From contig CAVULG010000007.1 of NCBI GenBank assembly GCA_963742245.1, positions 572,406 to 636,405 of the forward strand: 64,000 nt of DNA, given 5' to 3'. Source of the stretch: an uncultured Acidobacteriota bacterium. GTDB lineage: Bacteria > Acidobacteriota > Thermoanaerobaculia > UBA5066 > Gp7-AA6. The position numbers were made by a program, and so were the translations under genes. Each line of letters starts with the position of its first letter. Position 1 is the first letter of the stretch. This document shows, in pieces, positions 19,820-35,779 of this stretch. The notes under the pieces were generated by a model that saw only the letters and a list, made by a program, of their open reading frames with translations, was not told the DNA's origin and did no database searches.

Positions 19820-20602
19820 CTACGCCGACACCGCGGCCGCCCGAAGCGCCGCGAGACTGCCGGTGCCCAGGATGACCGCCCCGTGCGGCTCCAGCGCCAC
19901 CGTGAACTCGAAATGGGCCGACGTCGACTTGTCGCGCGTCCGCACGGTCCAGCCGTCGGCGTCGACGGAAACCTCGGCGCGCCCCAGATTGAACATCGGC
20001 TCGATCGCCAGAACCATCCCGGCCTTGAGCACGCTTCCGCGGCCGCCCGGTCCGTAGTTGGGAATCTGCGGCTCCTCGTGGAGCGCCGTGCCGACGCCGT
20101 GGCCCACGAAGTCCCGGACGACGCCGTATCCGTGCACCAGGGCGACCGCTTCGACCGCCGCGCCGATGTCCGAGACGCGGGCTCCCGGGCGCGCGGCCTC
20201 GATGCCGGCGTGGAGCGCCTTGCGGGTGACCTCGATGAGCTTCGTCTTTTCCGCCCCGACCCTTCCGACCGGAACCGTCCGCGCCGCATCGCCGTAATAC
20301 CCGCCCGCCACGGCGCCGCAGTCGATCCCGACGACGTCGCCGTCGGAGAGCACGCGCTTGCCGGGGATTCCATGCACGACCTCGTCGTTGATCGACGTGC
20401 AGAGGGTCTTCGGGTAGCCGCGGTATCCGACGAATGCCGGACGGCCGCCGCGCGCGCGGATCTCGGTCTCCGCGATCCGATCGAGGTCGTCGGTCGTCAC
20501 GCCGGGGGCCACCGCCTTCTCGACGGCGTCGAGCGTCTCGAGCACGATGCGCGAGGCTTCCTCGAGCTTCAAGAGCTCGCTCTGGCTGCGGATCGTGATC
20601 AC
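19820..20602 (-). CDS. map: Methionine aminopeptidase type I
   Basis: ORF 19820..20602. Confidence 0.9.
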   Translation of the reverse strand: MITIRSQSELLKLEEASRIVLETLDAVEKAVAPGVTTDDLDRIAETEIRARGGRPAFVGYRGYPKTLCTSINDEVVHGIPGKRVLSDGDVVGIDCGAVAGGYYGDAARTVPVGRVGAEKTKLIEVTRKALHAGIEAARPGARVSDIGAAVEAVALVHGYGVVRDFVGHGVGTALHEEPQIPNYGPGGRGSVLKAGMVLAIEPMFNLGRAEVSVDADGWTVRTRDKSTSAHFEFTVALEPHGAVILGTGSLAALRAAAVSA

Positions 20603-21174
20603 GAGCGGCTCCTCTCGGAGATCGCTTCGTCGATGCGGGCGGCGACCGCGTCCACGGTCCCGACGCCGTCGATGTCGGCCAGAAGGGCGCGGTCGCGGTA
20701 GAAGCCGACGAGAGGCTCCGTCTTCTCGCGATACACGCGGAACCGCTCGCGGATCGTCTCGGGCCGGTCGTCGGCGCGGCCCTCGGCCTGCGCCCGGCCG
20801 AGCATGCGCGCGGTCAGCTGCTCCTCGGGAACGGTGAAGTTCAGAACCGCCGAGAGCGCCTCGCCGCCGTCGGCGAGCGTCGCGTCGAAGGCGCGCGCCT
20901 GCGCGAGCGTGCGCGGAAAACCGTCCAGGATGAACCCGCCGCGCGCGTCCGGCGCGGCGACGCGCTCGCCGACCAGGGCGAGGATCAGGTCGTCGGAGAC
21001 GAGCTCGCCCTTCTCCATCACCGCCTGGGCCTGCTGGCCGAGGGCGGTCTTCCGGCGCACGGCGTCGCGGAGGATCTCGCCGGTCGAGATCGCGGGCACA
21101 CCGAGCCTCTTCGCGAGGAGGCTCGCCTGAGTGCCCTTGCCGCTGCCCGGAGGCCCGAGAAAGACGACTCGCAT
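20599..21174 (-). CDS. adk: Adenylate kinase
   Basis: Internal start [16 protein letters not shown] (ATG 21172-21174) within ORF 20599..22050; ATGA overlap with secY stop. Confidence 0.9.
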   Translation of the reverse strand: MRVVFLGPPGSGKGTQASLLAKRLGVPAISTGEILRDAVRRKTALGQQAQAVMEKGELVSDDLILALVGERVAAPDARGGFILDGFPRTLAQARAFDATLADGGEALSAVLNFTVPEEQLTARMLGRAQAEGRADDRPETIRERFRVYREKTEPLVGFYRDRALLADIDGVGTVDAVAARIDEAISERSRS

Positions 21175-22562
21175 CAGCCCCGCCGTCCCCGGATCCGGCT
21201 CTTCTTGAGGAACCCGGTGTAGTGGTGCTCGACGAGCTTGGACTCGACCTGCTGGACCGTGTCCATGGCCACGCCGACGACGATGAGGAGCGACGTTCCG
21301 CCGAAGTAGAAGTTGAAGCCGAAGCCCTGCGTCAGGAACCGGGGCAGGATCCCGTCCACCCAGGGCCCGACGAACGGGACGCCCTGGACCTTGAGGCCGT
21401 TGTTGAGGATGTCCGGCAGCAGGGCCACGAAGGTGAGGTACGCCGCGCCGACGATCGTGATCCGCGACAGCACCGTGTCGATGTAGTCGGCCGTCTTCTT
21501 GCCGGGCCGGATGCCCGGGATGAAGCCGCCGTACTTGCGCATGTTGTCGGCCGTGTCCGTCGGATTGAAGACAATCGACGTGTAGAAGTAGCAGAAGAAC
21601 AGGATGCCCGCCGCGTAGAGAAGCAGGTAGAGCGGATGCCCCATGGCCAGCGACTCGGCGACCCGCTTCACCCAGTCCGCGCCCGAGATCTGCGCGAGAT
21701 AGGCCGGAAGCTGAAGGATCGAGATCGCGAAGATGATCGGGATGACGCCGCCGGTGTTCACGCGCAGCGGCAGGTACGTGTTCTGGCCGCCGTAGACCCG
21801 TCGTCCCACGACCCGCTTGGCGTACTGAACGGGGATTCGCCTCTGCGCGCGCTCGACAAAGACGACGAGGGCCACGATGCCCACCATGAAGACGATCACG
21901 AAGAGCAGCGCCAGGATCGAAATCGACTGGTTCCGGATCTGCTGGAAGAGGCCGAAGATCGCCACGGGCAGGTTCGCCACGATGCCCGCGAAGATGATGA
22001 GCGAGATGCCGTTGCCGATGCCGCGCTCGGTGATCTGTTCGCCGAGCCACATGATGAAGATCGTGCCGGTCGTCAGCGTCAGCACGGTCATCAGACGGAA
22101 GCCCCAGCCCGGGTGCGGCACGAGCGGCGCGCCGCCCGGGGCCGACTGCTTCTCGAGCCAGATCGCGATGCCGCTCGCCTGGATGAACGAGAGGAGCACC
22201 GTGCCGTAGCGGGTGTACTGCGTGATCTTCTTGCGGCCCATCTCGCCTTCCTTCGAGAGCTTCTCGAGGTAGGGCCAGACGACCGTCAGCAGCTGCAGGA
22301 TGATCGAGCTCGAGATGTAGGGCATGATCCCGAGGGCGAACACGGAGAGCCTCCGGAGCGCGCCTCCCGAGAAGATGTCGAGGAACCCGAAGATGGAGCC
22401 GGCCGACGCCTTGAAGAAGGCGTTGATCGCCTCGGGATCGACGCCGGGCGTGGGGATGTGCGCCCCGAGCCGGTAGACGGCGAGGACCAGGAACGTGAAG
22501 ATGACCCGCTTGCGCAGGTCCGGCACGTTGAAGACGTTCGCGAAGCTCTGAAGGGCGCTCAA
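21174..22562 (-). CDS. secY: Preprotein translocase subunit SecY
   Basis: ORF 21174..22562, 462 aa. Confidence 0.95.
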   Translation of the reverse strand: MSALQSFANVFNVPDLRKRVIFTFLVLAVYRLGAHIPTPGVDPEAINAFFKASAGSIFGFLDIFSGGALRRLSVFALGIMPYISSSIILQLLTVVWPYLEKLSKEGEMGRKKITQYTRYGTVLLSFIQASGIAIWLEKQSAPGGAPLVPHPGWGFRLMTVLTLTTGTIFIMWLGEQITERGIGNGISLIIFAGIVANLPVAIFGLFQQIRNQSISILALLFVIVFMVGIVALVVFVERAQRRIPVQYAKRVVGRRVYGGQNTYLPLRVNTGGVIPIIFAISILQLPAYLAQISGADWVKRVAESLAMGHPLYLLLYAAGILFFCYFYTSIVFNPTDTADNMRKYGGFIPGIRPGKKTADYIDTVLSRITIVGAAYLTFVALLPDILNNGLKVQGVPFVGPWVDGILPRFLTQGFGFNFYFGGTSLLIVVGVAMDTVQQVESKLVEHHYTGFLKKSRIRGRRG

Positions 22563-23191
22563 CGGGAGAGAACCTCGCAGCTCCCGCCGGCGGCCTCGAT
22601 CCGGGCCTTGGCCGAAGCGGAGAACTTGTGGGCCGAGACGGTCAGCGCCTTCTTCAACTCCCCGTCGCCGAGGATCTTGACGAGGCGGTTCCTGCGCGCC
22701 AGGCGCAGCTCCGCGAGTGCGGCCGGGTTGACCGCGGTTCCCGCGTCGAAGCGGTCGAGATCGCCGATGTTCACGATGTCGTACTCGACCCGGAAGATGT
22801 TGGTGAAGCCGCGCTTGGGCAGCCGGCGGTGGAGCGGCATCTGGCCGCCCTCGAATCCGCGCTGGTGCCGGTATCCGCTGCGGGACTTCTGGCCCTTGTT
22901 ACCGCGTCCGGCGGTCTTGCCGTGGCCCGAACCGGGACCGCGGCCGACACGCTTGCGGTAGTGCGTGGCCCCGGAAGCCGGCGCGAGGTCATGCACGCCC
23001 GTCGCGGCAGGCCGCGAGGGAGCCGGAGCCGCCTTTCGGGCGGCCTTGACGGGCTTGGCGGCCTTCGGAGGAGCCGCCGGCTTGGACTTGGCCGCGGCGG
23101 CCTTCGCAGGCGCCTTCGGCGCGGCCTTGGACGGCGCCGGCTTCTTCCTGGCCACCGGGGCCTTGGATGTCGGTTTCTTCTTTTCCACCAT
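22559..23191 (-). CDS. rplO: 50S ribosomal protein L15 with ~65-aa K/A/P-rich N-terminal extension
   Basis: ORF 22559..23191; L15 core begins ~[28 protein letters not shown]; N-terminal [59 protein letters not shown]. Confidence 0.85.
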   Translation of the reverse strand: MVEKKKPTSKAPVARKKPAPSKAAPKAPAKAAAAKSKPAAPPKAAKPVKAARKAAPAPSRPAATGVHDLAPASGATHYRKRVGRGPGSGHGKTAGRGNKGQKSRSGYRHQRGFEGGQMPLHRRLPKRGFTNIFRVEYDIVNIGDLDRFDAGTAVNPAALAELRLARRNRLVKILGDGELKKALTVSAHKFSASAKARIEAAGGSCEVLSR

Positions 23192-23217
23192 GACTGCTCT
23201 TTACCCCTACCCTTGTC

Positions 23218-23445
23218 TCAACCCTTCGCCACTTCGACGAGGTGGCGGACCTTGCGAATCATGCCGCGCACGGCCGGCGAGTCCTCGCGGACGACCCGGT
23301 CCCCGCGCTTGCGGAAACCGAGGCCCACGAGCGTCGCCTTCTGATCCTTGGGCGTGCAGATGCCGCTTCGGACCTGCGTGATCGCGATCTTGCCGGAGTC
23401 CTTGCGTGCCTTCGGCTTCTCGGCCGTCTTGCCCGCTTCCGTCAC
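23218..23445 (-). CDS. rpmD: 50S ribosomal protein L30
   Basis: ORF 23218..23445. Confidence 0.9.
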   Translation of the reverse strand: MTEAGKTAEKPKARKDSGKIAITQVRSGICTPKDQKATLVGLGFRKRGDRVVREDSPAVRGMIRKVRHLVEVAKG

Positions 23446-24014
23446 GCCTTCTCCTCCGCCCCGGTTCCGGGCGCCGGCGCCGCCGGGGCGCTCGGGGCGC
23501 GCCCGCGCCGCCGCGCGAACTCGTCCTCGTTCTTCAAGCGCATCAGGCCCTCGAACGTCGCCTTGATGACGTTGTGCGGGTTGGTCGTCCGAAGCGACTT
23601 CGTCAGGATGTCCTGGATGCCGACCGACTCGAGCACCGCCCGAACGGGACCGCCCGCGATGACTCCGGTGCCGGCCGCGGCCGGCTTCAGGAGAACGCGG
23701 CCCGCGCCGTACGCGCCGATGATCGCGTGCGGGATGGTCGTGCCCTTCAGCGACACCTTCTGCATGTTCTTCTTGGCCATCTCGATCCCCTTCTTGATGG
23801 CCATCGGAACTTCCTTCGCCTTGCCCGAGCCGTAGCCCACGCGCCCCTGGCCGTCGCCGACGACGACGAGCGCGGAGAACGAGAAGTTCTTGCCGCCCTT
23901 GACGACCTTCGTCACGCGGTTGATGTGGACGACGCGGTCGATCAGCTCGCGACCCTGCGCGTCCCGCTCTTTTTCGCGCTCGCGCGGCGCCCGCGGTCCC
24001 CGGTTGCTGCTCAT
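23442..24014 (-). CDS. rpsE: 30S ribosomal protein S5 (start at MSSNRG; ORF track extends to 24059 overlapping rplR)
   Basis: ORF 23442..24059; chose internal ATG to avoid 32-nt overlap with L18; A/P-rich C-terminal tail [18 protein letters not shown]. Confidence 0.85.
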   Translation of the reverse strand: MSSNRGPRAPREREKERDAQGRELIDRVVHINRVTKVVKGGKNFSFSALVVVGDGQGRVGYGSGKAKEVPMAIKKGIEMAKKNMQKVSLKGTTIPHAIIGAYGAGRVLLKPAAAGTGVIAGGPVRAVLESVGIQDILTKSLRTTNPHNVIKATFEGLMRLKNEDEFARRRGRAPSAPAAPAPGTGAEEKA

Positions 24015-24027
24015 CTTTCCGTTCTCC

Positions 24028-24396
24028 CTAGAATTCCAAGCCGCCCGAGCGCGCGCCATCGGCGAGCGCCTTGACCCGGCCGTGGTACCGGTATCCGCCG
24101 CGGTCGAAGACGACCTTCGTCACGCCGGCCTTCTTCGCGCGTTCCGCGACGAGCGCGCCGACCTTGCCGGCGGCGTCGCGCGAGGCTCCTTTCGGAGACT
24201 CCTTCTTCAGCCCCGCGTCGAGCGACGAGGCATGCGCGAGGGTCGAGCCCTGGCCGTCGTCGATGACCTGGGCGTAGATGTGACGCCCGCTCTTGAAGAC
24301 GGCCAGTCGTGGCCGCTCCGTGGCGCCCCGCACCTTGTGCCGCACGCGGATGCGCACGCGGCCCCGCGCCTCTGTCCGTGCCTGCGATCGGTTCAT
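24028..24396 (-). CDS. rplR: 50S ribosomal protein L18
   Basis: C-terminal 122 aa of ORF 24028..24987 from [21 protein letters not shown] (ATG 24394-24396). Confidence 0.9.
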   Translation of the reverse strand: MNRSQARTEARGRVRIRVRHKVRGATERPRLAVFKSGRHIYAQVIDDGQGSTLAHASSLDAGLKKESPKGASRDAAGKVGALVAERAKKAGVTKVVFDRGGYRYHGRVKALADGARSGGLEF

Positions 24397-24398
24397 GG

Positions 24399-24941
24399 CT
24401 ACTTCCCGCCCGCCTTTCCGACCTTGCGCCGGATCGTCTCTTCGGCGTATTTGATGCCCTTCGCCTTGTAAGGGTCCGGCACGCGGAGCTTCCGGATCTC
24501 CGCCGCCGTCTGCCCGACGCGCTGCTTGTCCGCGCCCGTGACCGTCATCTTGCCGGCCTTCGCATCGATCGCCACCGCGATCCCCTCGGGGATCGGGAAG
24601 TCGACGGGGTGCGAATAGCCGAGCGAGAAGAGGATCGACTTCCCCTTGACCTCGGCCTTGTAGCCGACGCCGGAGATCTCGAGCTCGCGGGTGAAGCCCT
24701 TCGTGACGCCCTCGACGTTGTTGGCGACGAGGCTGCGCAGCAGTCCGTGGACGGCGCGCGCCTTCGGCTCGTCGGAGCCGCGGGCGATCGTCACCGCGCC
24801 GTCCGCGATCGACACGGTCAGGCCGGCCGGGATCGCGCTCGAGAGCTCCCCCTTGGGCCCCTTGACCTTGACCCGGCCGCCCTCGGCCCTGACCTCGACC
24901 CCCTTGGGGATCGTCACCGGCATTTTCCCTATGCGCGACAC
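24399..24941 (-). CDS. rplF: 50S ribosomal protein L6
   Basis: ORF 24399..24941. Confidence 0.95.
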   Translation of the reverse strand: MSRIGKMPVTIPKGVEVRAEGGRVKVKGPKGELSSAIPAGLTVSIADGAVTIARGSDEPKARAVHGLLRSLVANNVEGVTKGFTRELEISGVGYKAEVKGKSILFSLGYSHPVDFPIPEGIAVAIDAKAGKMTVTGADKQRVGQTAAEIRKLRVPDPYKAKGIKYAEETIRRKVGKAGGK

Positions 24942-24958
24942 AAGTGCTCCTTTGACCC

Positions 24959-25357
24959 TTACCAGATGTTGCAGAGAACTTCGCCACCCAGGCGCGACTG
25001 GCGCGCCGCCTTGTCGGTGACGATGCCCTTGGACGTCGAGACGATCGACACGCCGAGGCCGCCCAGAACCTGCGGAATCGCGTCGGCCTTGGCGTAGACG
25101 CGGCGGCCGGGACGCGAAACCCGCTCGAGGCCCGAAACGATCGGCTCGCCTTCGTGGTCGTACTTCAGCCCGACGCGGAGGATCGGGCGTCCGGCCTCCT
25201 GGACCTTTCGGAAGGAGGCCACGAAGCCTTCTTCCTCGAGGACCTTGAGGACCGCCTCCTTGAGGCGCGAGGACGGCATGTCGACGCGCTCGTGGCCGGC
25301 CCGCATGCCGTTCCTCAGGCGCGTCAGCAGGTCGCTGATGGGATCGTTGATCTTCAT
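24959..25357 (-). CDS. rpsH: 30S ribosomal protein S8
   Basis: ORF 24959..25357. Confidence 0.95.
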   Translation of the reverse strand: MKINDPISDLLTRLRNGMRAGHERVDMPSSRLKEAVLKVLEEEGFVASFRKVQEAGRPILRVGLKYDHEGEPIVSGLERVSRPGRRVYAKADAIPQVLGGLGVSIVSTSKGIVTDKAARQSRLGGEVLCNIW

Positions 25358-25361
25358 CGCA

Positions 25362-25547
25362 TCACCACGAAGCCTTCAGAACGCCCGGGATGTAGCCCTG
25401 GTTGGCGTTCTGACGGAAACAGATGCGGCAGAGCCCGAACTTGCGGTAGACCGACCGCGCCCGGCCGCACACCTGGCACCGCCGGATCGTCCGGGTCATG
25501 AACTTCGGCTTCCTCGCCGCCTTGATTCGCATTGCACGTGTGGCCAT
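25362..25547 (-). CDS. rpsN: 30S ribosomal protein S14 type Z (zinc-binding, 61 aa)
   Basis: ORF 25362..25547; CQVCGR...CRICFR. Confidence 0.9.
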   Translation of the reverse strand: MATRAMRIKAARKPKFMTRTIRRCQVCGRARSVYRKFGLCRICFRQNANQGYIPGVLKASW

Positions 25548-25560
25548 CGCTTGTTCCTGT

Positions 25561-26103
25561 CTACTTGGCGAAGGGCATGCCGAGCTCGGCGAGCAGCGCC
25601 TTCGCCCGGTCGTCCCGTCCCGCCGTCGTCACGATCGTCACGTTCAAGCCCTTCGACTTGTCGGTTTTCGCGTAGTCGATCTCCGGAAAGATGAAGTGGT
25701 CGCGCACGCCCAGGGTGTAGTTTCCCCGACCGTCGAACGCCTTGCTCGACACGCCCCGGAAGTCGCGGACGCGCGGCAGGGCGATGTTGATGAGCCGGTC
25801 GAGGAACTCCCACATGCGGTCGCCGCGCAGCGTCACGCGGGCGCCGATCGGCATCCCCGTGCGCAGCTTGTACGTCGCGATGGACTTCTTGGCCTTCGTC
25901 ACGTTCGCGCGCTGGCCCGCGATCGAGGACAGCTCCTCGGCCGCGCCCTCGAGCATCTTCGGGTTGGCGACGGCCTCGCCGAGCCCCATGTTGAGGACGA
26001 CCTTCTCGATCCGTGGGATGGCCATGACGTTCTCGATCGCGAACTCCTTCTTCAGAGCGGGCGCGACGTCCTTGGCGTACTTGTCTTTGAGTCTTGCTGC
26101 CAT
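25561..26103 (-). CDS. rplE: 50S ribosomal protein L5
   Basis: ORF 25561..26103. Confidence 0.95.
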   Translation of the reverse strand: MAARLKDKYAKDVAPALKKEFAIENVMAIPRIEKVVLNMGLGEAVANPKMLEGAAEELSSIAGQRANVTKAKKSIATYKLRTGMPIGARVTLRGDRMWEFLDRLINIALPRVRDFRGVSSKAFDGRGNYTLGVRDHFIFPEIDYAKTDKSKGLNVTIVTTAGRDDRAKALLAELGMPFAK

Positions 26104-26135
26104 TTCTCTTCGTCCTCTAACCTATGACCTGCGAC

Positions 26136-26465
26136 CTACGACGCCAGGACCGCGCCGCTCTTCTTGGCGACCCGCTCCGGCTTGCCGTCCGCGTCCCGGC
26201 GGCGGCCGATGCGCGTCCCGACGTTGCGATCCGGATCCACGAGCATCACGTTGGAAATGTGGATCGTGGCTTCCCTCTCGGAGATTCCGCCCGCGATGTT
26301 CTTCGAAGGGTTCGGGCGCGTGTGGCGCTTGATCATGTTGACGCGCTCGACGATCACGCGGCCCTTCTCGGGAAGGACGCGCAGGATCCGGCCCTGCCGC
26401 CCGCGGTCGCGGCCCGCGATGACCACGACCATGTCGTTCTTCTTGAGCTTCGGTTTGGCCATCAC
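26136..26465 (-). CDS. rplX: 50S ribosomal protein L24
   Basis: ORF 26136..26465. Confidence 0.9.
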   Translation of the reverse strand: MMAKPKLKKNDMVVVIAGRDRGRQGRILRVLPEKGRVIVERVNMIKRHTRPNPSKNIAGGISEREATIHISNVMLVDPDRNVGTRIGRRRDADGKPERVAKKSGAVLAS

Positions 26466-26839
26466 AGCACTTCCGGTGCGAGCGAAATGATCTTCATGAA
26501 CTTCTTCTCACGGAGCTCCCGGGCCACCGGCCCGAAGACGCGCGTCCCGATGGGCTCCCCCTCGGGGGATACCAGGACCGCAGCGTTGTCGTCGAAGCGG
26601 ATGTAGGAGCCGTCCTTGCGCCGGTGATTGCGGCGCGTGCGGACGATGACCGCCCGGACGACGCGCTTCCCGTGCTTCTCGACGAACGGCGAATCCGGGG
26701 CGGCCTCCTTGACCGAGGCCGTGATGATGTCGCCGAGGCCCGCGTACTGCCCGGCCGAACCGCCGCGCATGCGGATGCACGCGATCTTGCGCGCTCCGGA
26801 ATTGTCCGCCACCTCGAGGATGGTGCCCATCTGAATCAT
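26462..26839 (-). CDS. rplN: 50S ribosomal protein L14
   Basis: ORF 26462..26839. Confidence 0.95.
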   Translation of the reverse strand: MIQMGTILEVADNSGARKIACIRMRGGSAGQYAGLGDIITASVKEAAPDSPFVEKHGKRVVRAVIVRTRRNHRRKDGSYIRFDDNAAVLVSPEGEPIGTRVFGPVARELREKKFMKIISLAPEVL

Positions 26840-26849
26840 GGCGTTCTCC

Positions 26850-27131
26850 TCAAGCCTGGGCCTTCACGAGGATCTCCCGCAGCCGCCAGCGCTTGCGCTT
26901 GGACAGCGGGCGGGTCTCCTCGATCCGGACGCGGTCGCCGACGTGGGCCGTGTTGCCCTCATCGTGCGCATGGAACCGGCTCGTCCGCTTGATCGTCCGG
27001 GTGTACTCCGCGTGCTGGACGCGGCGCTCCACCTCCACGACGATCGTCTTCTGCATCTTGTCGGAAACGACCCGGCCGACCTTGGTCGCCCGGTCCTTGC
27101 GTTCCTCGGTCTCGTTCATGACCTCGTTCAC
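26850..27131 (-). CDS. rpsQ: 30S ribosomal protein S17
   Basis: ORF 26850..27131. Confidence 0.9.
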   Translation of the reverse strand: MNEVMNETEERKDRATKVGRVVSDKMQKTIVVEVERRVQHAEYTRTIKRTSRFHAHDEGNTAHVGDRVRIEETRPLSKRKRWRLREILVKAQA

Positions 27132-27343
27132 TTCGACGCCTCCGCCTTCCTCTCCAGGGCCCGCTGGTACGTCTTGACGCGGGCGATGTCCCGCCGCAGC
27201 ACCTTCAGGCGGCTCGGGTTCTCGAGCTGTCCCGTCGACTTCTGGAGCCGCAGCTTCCAGCTCGACTCTTTCAACTGCTTTTCCTTCTCGAGCAGGTCCC
27301 CGTGGCCCTGCTGGGCGAGCGTCTCCCGCTCCTTCTTCTTCAT
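27128..27343 (-). CDS. rpmC: 50S ribosomal protein L29
   Basis: ORF 27128..27343. Confidence 0.9.
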   Translation of the reverse strand: MKKKERETLAQQGHGDLLEKEKQLKESSWKLRLQKSTGQLENPSRLKVLRRDIARVKTYQRALERKAEASK

Positions 27344-27765
27344 CGGATCTCCATTTCAGACGCGCGCGTCACGAGGCGCGTCTTGAGCCCGAGCTTGTCG
27401 GCTGCGAGCTCGAGCGCTTCCTTGCCCGTGACGTGATCGACGCCCTCCATCTCGTAGAGGATGCGGCCCGGCTTGACCACGGCGACCCAACCCTCGGGCG
27501 CGCCCTTGCCCTTGCCCATGCGCGTTTCGGCGGGCTTCTTCGTGTACGGCTTGTCGGGGAAGATCCGGATCCAGATCTTTCCGCCGCGCTTGACGGCGCG
27601 GGTCATCGCGATGCGGCCGGCCTCGATCTGGCGGGCGGTGATCCAGCCGGGCTCCAGCACCTGGAGACCCATGTCGCCGAACGCGAGGTCGCCGCCGCGC
27701 CACGCCTTGCCGCGGCGCCGTCCGCGCTGCTGCTTCCGGTATTTGACCTTGGAGGGCATCAACAT
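27340..27765 (-). CDS. rplP: 50S ribosomal protein L16
   Basis: ORF 27340..27765. Confidence 0.95.
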   Translation of the reverse strand: MLMPSKVKYRKQQRGRRRGKAWRGGDLAFGDMGLQVLEPGWITARQIEAGRIAMTRAVKRGGKIWIRIFPDKPYTKKPAETRMGKGKGAPEGWVAVVKPGRILYEMEGVDHVTGKEALELAADKLGLKTRLVTRASEMEIR

Positions 27766-27788
27766 GACGAGATTCCTCTGCCTCTAGC

Positions 27789-28442
27789 TCAGGCCGCCGA
27801 CTTGCGGCGGTTCTTGGCCTTGTGCTGTTCGCCGCGGTAGATCCAGACCTTCACGCCGATCTTCCCGTAGGTCGTGTTCGCTTCGGCGAAGCCGTAGTCG
27901 ATGTCGGCCTTCAGGGTATGGAGCGGGAGCCGGCCCTCCTGGTACCACTCGGAGCGCGCGATCTCGGCGCCGTTGAGCCGACCGGCGCAGCGGATCTTGA
28001 TGCCCTGCGCGCCGAACCGGAACGCGGACTCGATCCCCTTCTTCATGGCGCGCCGGAACGCCACGCGGCGCTCGAGCTGGAGAGCGATCGACTCGGAGAC
28101 GAGCTGGGCATCGGTCTCGGGGCGCTGGATCTCGATGATGTTGATGTGCACCTCACCGCCCGTGCGCTTCTGGAGCTCGTCGCGCAGCCGGTCGACCTCC
28201 GCGCCTCGCTTGCCGATGATGATTCCCGGCCGCGAGGTCTGGATGTTGACCTTGAGCTTTCCCGAGAAACGCTCGATGTCGATCTCCGAGACGCCGGCGT
28301 GCGACAGCCGCTTCTTGAGCTCCCGCCGCAGCTTCAGGTCGTCGTGGAGGAACTTCAGGTACTCCTTCTCGGAGAACCAGCGCGAGTGCCACGTCCGGTT
28401 GAAGCCCAGCCGGAAGCCGTAGGGATGTACTTTCTGGCCCAT
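27789..28442 (-). CDS. rpsC: 30S ribosomal protein S3
   Basis: ORF 27789..28442. Confidence 0.95.
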   Translation of the reverse strand: MGQKVHPYGFRLGFNRTWHSRWFSEKEYLKFLHDDLKLRRELKKRLSHAGVSEIDIERFSGKLKVNIQTSRPGIIIGKRGAEVDRLRDELQKRTGGEVHINIIEIQRPETDAQLVSESIALQLERRVAFRRAMKKGIESAFRFGAQGIKIRCAGRLNGAEIARSEWYQEGRLPLHTLKADIDYGFAEANTTYGKIGVKVWIYRGEQHKAKNRRKSAA

Positions 28443-28457
28443 AAGCGGTAGCGCTCC

Positions 28458-28796
28458 TTACGCCTCGTCCGAGAGCTCGATCGTCAGGTGACTCTTGCGG
28501 TGCAGGACGCGGTACGCACGGCCCATGGGCGCCGGACGGACCCGCTTCTCCTGCGGCCCCTTGTCGACGGTGATCCGGCGGACGACGAGCCGGTCGACGT
28601 CGAGCTGGGCTTCCTTCTGCTCCGCGTTGGCGACGGCCGAGCGGAGCGTCTTGAGGACGTCCCGGGCGGCGACCTTCTTCGCGTGGCGCAGGATCGCGAC
28701 GGCGTCGTTGACCGACTTGCCGCGCACGAGGTCCGCCACCAGGCGCACCTTCTGCGCCGAGCCCTTCATGTACTTCAGCTTCGCTGTGGCTCTCAT
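28458..28796 (-). CDS. rplV: 50S ribosomal protein L22
   Basis: C-terminal 112 aa of ORF 28458..30107 from MRATAKLKYMKGSAQKVRLV (ATG 28794-28796). Confidence 0.9.
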   Translation of the reverse strand: MRATAKLKYMKGSAQKVRLVADLVRGKSVNDAVAILRHAKKVAARDVLKTLRSAVANAEQKEAQLDVDRLVVRRITVDKGPQEKRVRPAPMGRAYRVLHRKSHLTIELSDEA

Positions 28797-28804
28797 GTCG
28801 CTGC

Positions 28805-29152
28805 TCACGCCTTCGGCGCCGGAGCGGCGCCCGGAGCCGGCCGCGGCGCCGCGCCCGGAGCTCCGGCGACGGCGGCTCCCGCCTCGGCAGCCTTCTTGCC
28901 GCCGTGGCCCTTGAAGATCCGCGTCGGCGCGAACTCGCCGAGCTTGTGCCCGACCATGTTCTCGGCGACGTAGACGGGGATGAACTTGCGGCCGTTGTGC
29001 ACGGCGATCGTGTGGCCGACCATGTCCGGCACGACGGTGGAGCGGCGCGACCAGGTCTTCACGACCTTCTTGTCCCGCGTCGCGTTCAACGCGGCAACCT
29101 TCTTGGAAAGGTGCTCGTCCACGAAAGGACCCTTTTTGACGGAACGTGCCAT
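28805..29152 (-). CDS. rpsS: 30S ribosomal protein S19 with ~25-aa A/P-rich C-terminal extension
   Basis: ORF 28805..29152; tail [30 protein letters not shown]. Confidence 0.9.
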   Translation of the reverse strand: MARSVKKGPFVDEHLSKKVAALNATRDKKVVKTWSRRSTVVPDMVGHTIAVHNGRKFIPVYVAENMVGHKLGEFAPTRIFKGHGGKKAAEAGAAVAGAPGAAPRPAPGAAPAPKA

Positions 29153-29155
29153 CGC

Positions 29156-29986
29156 TTAGACCTTCGACTTGCGCCGGCGGACGATGAATCCGTCGGTGCG
29201 CTTGTTGTTGCGGGTCTTCATTCCCTTGGTCTTCCAGCCCCACGGCGAAGTGGGGTGGCGGCCGCCCGAGGTCTTGCCCTCGCCGCCGCCCATCGGATGG
29301 TCGACCGGGTTCATCGAGACTCCGCGGTTGTGCGGACGCCAGCCCAGCCAGCGGTTGCGGCCCGCCTTGCCGATCGAAACGTTCTCGTGCTCGAGGTTGC
29401 CGACCTGGCCGATGGTCGCGTAGCACTCGACGTGCACTTCGCGGACCTCGCCCGAGGGCAGGCGCACCTGCGCGTACGAGCCTTCGCGGGCCATCAGCTG
29501 CGCCGCCGCGCCGGCCGAGCGCACGAGCTGGCCGCCCTTGCCGCGGGTCAGCTCGAGGTTGTGGATCGTCGTGCCGAGCGGGATCGACTTCAGGGGCAGC
29601 GCGTTGCCCGGCAGAATGTCGGCCGCGGGGCCGGACACGATCGTCGCGCCCACCTTCAGGCCGTTGGGCGCGAGGATGTAGCGCTTCTCGCCGTCGGCGT
29701 AGTGGAGCAGCGCGATGCGCGCCGTCCGGTTCGGGTCGTACTCGATCGTGGCGACCTTGGCCGGAATGTCCTGCTTGTCGCGCCGGAAGTCGATGATCCG
29801 GTAGAGGCGCTTGTGGCCGCCGCCCATGAACCGGGAAGTCGCCCGGCCCGAGTTGTTGCGGCCGCCCGTCGCGCGCAACCCGACCGTCAGGCGCTTCTCC
29901 GGTCGAACCGGAGACAGGTCCTTGAAGTCGAGCTTGGTCTGGAACCGGACTCCCGGGGAGGTCGGTTTGAACTTCTTTACAGCCAT
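29156..29986 (-). CDS. rplB: 50S ribosomal protein L2
   Basis: Internal start [15 protein letters not shown] (ATG 29984-29986) in ORF 29156..30088. Confidence 0.95.
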   Translation of the reverse strand: MAVKKFKPTSPGVRFQTKLDFKDLSPVRPEKRLTVGLRATGGRNNSGRATSRFMGGGHKRLYRIIDFRRDKQDIPAKVATIEYDPNRTARIALLHYADGEKRYILAPNGLKVGATIVSGPAADILPGNALPLKSIPLGTTIHNLELTRGKGGQLVRSAGAAAQLMAREGSYAQVRLPSGEVREVHVECYATIGQVGNLEHENVSIGKAGRNRWLGWRPHNRGVSMNPVDHPMGGGEGKTSGGRHPTSPWGWKTKGMKTRNNKRTDGFIVRRRKSKV

Positions 29987-30276
29987 TACACGCCCTCGAA
30001 GAACTCGATCTTCTGATCCGGCGCCAGCCGGACCCAGGCCTTCTTCCAGGCCTTTCGCTGTCCGACGAAGCGGCCCATGCGCTTCCACTTACCCTGCCGA
30101 TTGGCAACCCGCACGTCGAGCACCTTGACGCCGAAGAGTTTCTCCACGGCGCGGTGCACCTCGATCTTGTTGGCCGTTCGGTCGACCTCGAAGCAGATCG
30201 TGTTGGTCGCTTCCTTCGCCCGCGTCGCCTTCTCGGTGATGAGAGGCCGGCGAATCACCCGCTGCGCTTCCATCAT
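29986..30276 (-). CDS. rplW: 50S ribosomal protein L23
   Basis: C-terminal 96 aa of ORF 29986..30804 from [17 protein letters not shown]. Confidence 0.9.
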   Translation of the reverse strand: MMEAQRVIRRPLITEKATRAKEATNTICFEVDRTANKIEVHRAVEKLFGVKVLDVRVANRQGKWKRMGRFVGQRKAWKKAWVRLAPDQKIEFFEGV

Positions 30277-30908
30277 TCGCCTCCCAGGGTCTTGACGACG
30301 CGCGCCAGCGCCTGCTTGGTCAGCACGAGCGTCCCGTGCGCGAGCACGTCGTAGGCGTTGACGGCGAGCGGGTCGACGAGCTTCCAGCTCTTCACGTTGC
30401 GGGAGGCGCGCTCGAAGTTCTCGTTGCCGCGCGCGTCGACGAAGAGGGTCTTCCCCTCGATGCCGAGCGCGCCGACGGCGTTCCGGAGGTCCTTCGTCTT
30501 GTGGCTCGCGAGGTCCATCTTCTCGACGACGACGATCCGCTCTTCCGCGGCGCGGCGCGAGAGAACCGCCTTCAGGGCGTTCTTCTTCTCGCCCTTCGAC
30601 ACCCCCTGGGCGTACGACCGCGGCACCGGGCCGTGGACGGTTCCGCCGTGGCGGTGGATCGGGGGCCGGCCGCCGCCCTGACGGGCGCGCCCGGTGCCCT
30701 TCTGCTTGAAGGGCTTCTTGCCGGAGCCCGAGACCTCGGAGCGGACCTTCGTCTTGTGCGTTCCGGCGCGCTCGCCCGCGAGGTAGGCCTTGACGACCTC
30801 CCACACGAGGTGGCGGCGGTACGGGTACGCGAAGACGTCGGCCGGGAGGGAGACCTCGCCGACCTGTTCCTTCTTCCAGTTCCAGACGGGAATCTTGGCC
30901 ATGCTCAC
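30273..30908 (-). CDS. rplD: 50S ribosomal protein L4
   Basis: ORF 30273..30908. Confidence 0.95.
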   Translation of the reverse strand: MSMAKIPVWNWKKEQVGEVSLPADVFAYPYRRHLVWEVVKAYLAGERAGTHKTKVRSEVSGSGKKPFKQKGTGRARQGGGRPPIHRHGGTVHGPVPRSYAQGVSKGEKKNALKAVLSRRAAEERIVVVEKMDLASHKTKDLRNAVGALGIEGKTLFVDARGNENFERASRNVKSWKLVDPLAVNAYDVLAHGTLVLTKQALARVVKTLGGE

Positions 30909-31552
30909 GCCCTCTTCCTGCCGAAGCTCGAGCGCACGATCTTCACGATCGCGTTGCGGGCGCCGGGCACGGCGCCGGAGATGTAGAGGAGGTTCTTCTC
31001 GGCGTCCACACGCACGACGACCAGGTTCTTCGAAGTCGACTGCCGCCCGCCGAGCCGGCCCGAGGATCGCGTGCCCGGGTAGACGCGCGACGGAAAAGCC
31101 GACGGGCCGATCGAGCCCGGAGCGCGGTGGAACATCGAACCGTGGGTCGCGGCGCCCCCGCGAAACCCGTGGCGGGCGACGACGCCCATGAAGCCCTTGC
31201 CCTTGGACGTCCCGATGACGTCGACGTGGTCCTGCTCGGCGAACGTGTCGCAGAGAACCTTGTCGCCGGGCTTCAGCTCGTCGCCTTTGTCGGCCTTCAC
31301 TTCCATGAGGGTCCGCATCGGGGCCACGCCGGCCTTCTCGAAGTGGCCCTTCGCGGCGCCGTTGGCGCGGCGGTCGGGCCGCGCGCCGACGAACCCGATC
31401 TGGAGTGCGTCGTAGCCATCGTTGTCGGCGGACTTCTTCTGGACGACGAGGCAGGGCCCCGCCTGGACGACCGTGACCGGCACGACCGTGCCGTCGGCCG
31501 TGAAGATCTGGGTCATGCCCACTTTTTTACCGATGATTCCGTGTACGGCCAT
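30905..31552 (-). CDS. rplC: 50S ribosomal protein L3
   Basis: ORF 30905..31552. Confidence 0.95.
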   Translation of the reverse strand: MAVHGIIGKKVGMTQIFTADGTVVPVTVVQAGPCLVVQKKSADNDGYDALQIGFVGARPDRRANGAAKGHFEKAGVAPMRTLMEVKADKGDELKPGDKVLCDTFAEQDHVDVIGTSKGKGFMGVVARHGFRGGAATHGSMFHRAPGSIGPSAFPSRVYPGTRSSGRLGGRQSTSKNLVVVRVDAEKNLLYISGAVPGARNAIVKIVRSSFGRKRA

Positions 31553-31555
31553 GGC

Positions 31556-31876
<321 letters not shown>

Positions 31877-31912
31877 TACTGCTCGCTACGCTCACGCGAA
31901 AAAAGGAATCCA

Positions 31913-33106
<1,194 letters not shown>

Positions 33107-33161
33107 CGCTCCTCACCAATTTCACTAAACGCTGGACGTCCTCATCGGGACGCCATCGTCC

Positions 33162-35247
<2,086 letters not shown>

Positions 35248-35292
35248 AGTTAAGGTTCTGGCTCGTTGGTCGTCGGTCTTCGGTTCGTTCTC

Positions 35293-35763
35293 TTACCAGC
35301 GATAGTGGGCGAAGGCCTTGTTGGCCTCGGCCATCTTGTGCGTGTCGTCCTTCTTCTTCACGGCCCCGCCACGGAGGTTGGAGGCGTCGAGGAACTCGGA
35401 CGCGAGCTTCTCGCGCATCGTCTTCTCGCCGCGGGCGCTCGCGTGCTCGATGATCCACCGGATCGCGAGGGAGGTCCGGCGGTTGGGCCGCACCTCGACG
35501 GGAACCTGGTAGGTCGAGCCGCCGACGCGCCGGGACTTGACCTCGAGCGCGGGCTTGACGTTCTCGATCGCCTTCTTGAAGGTCTTCATCGGGTCGTCCT
35601 GCGTCTTCTCGGCGACGCGGTTGAGCGCGCCGTACAGGATCCCCTCGGCGGTCGACTTCTTGCCCTGCGACATCACGGAGTTGATGAACTTCGTGACCAG
35701 CTGGGAGTTGTAGAGCGGATCCGGCAGGATCTCGCGCTTGGCGACGACTCGGCGTCTCGGCAT
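35293..35763 (-). CDS. rpsG: 30S ribosomal protein S7
   Basis: ORF 35293..35763. Confidence 0.95.
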   Translation of the reverse strand: MPRRRVVAKREILPDPLYNSQLVTKFINSVMSQGKKSTAEGILYGALNRVAEKTQDDPMKTFKKAIENVKPALEVKSRRVGGSTYQVPVEVRPNRRTSLAIRWIIEHASARGEKTMREKLASEFLDASNLRGGAVKKKDDTHKMAEANKAFAHYRW

Positions 35764-35779
35764 CGTTCTTCCCTTCCCC

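Noticed and set aside
20599-22050. 483-aa fused ORF spanning adk and antisense to secY
   Set aside because: Only the C-terminal 191 aa (adenylate kinase) are real; the upstream part is out-of-frame read-through across secY.
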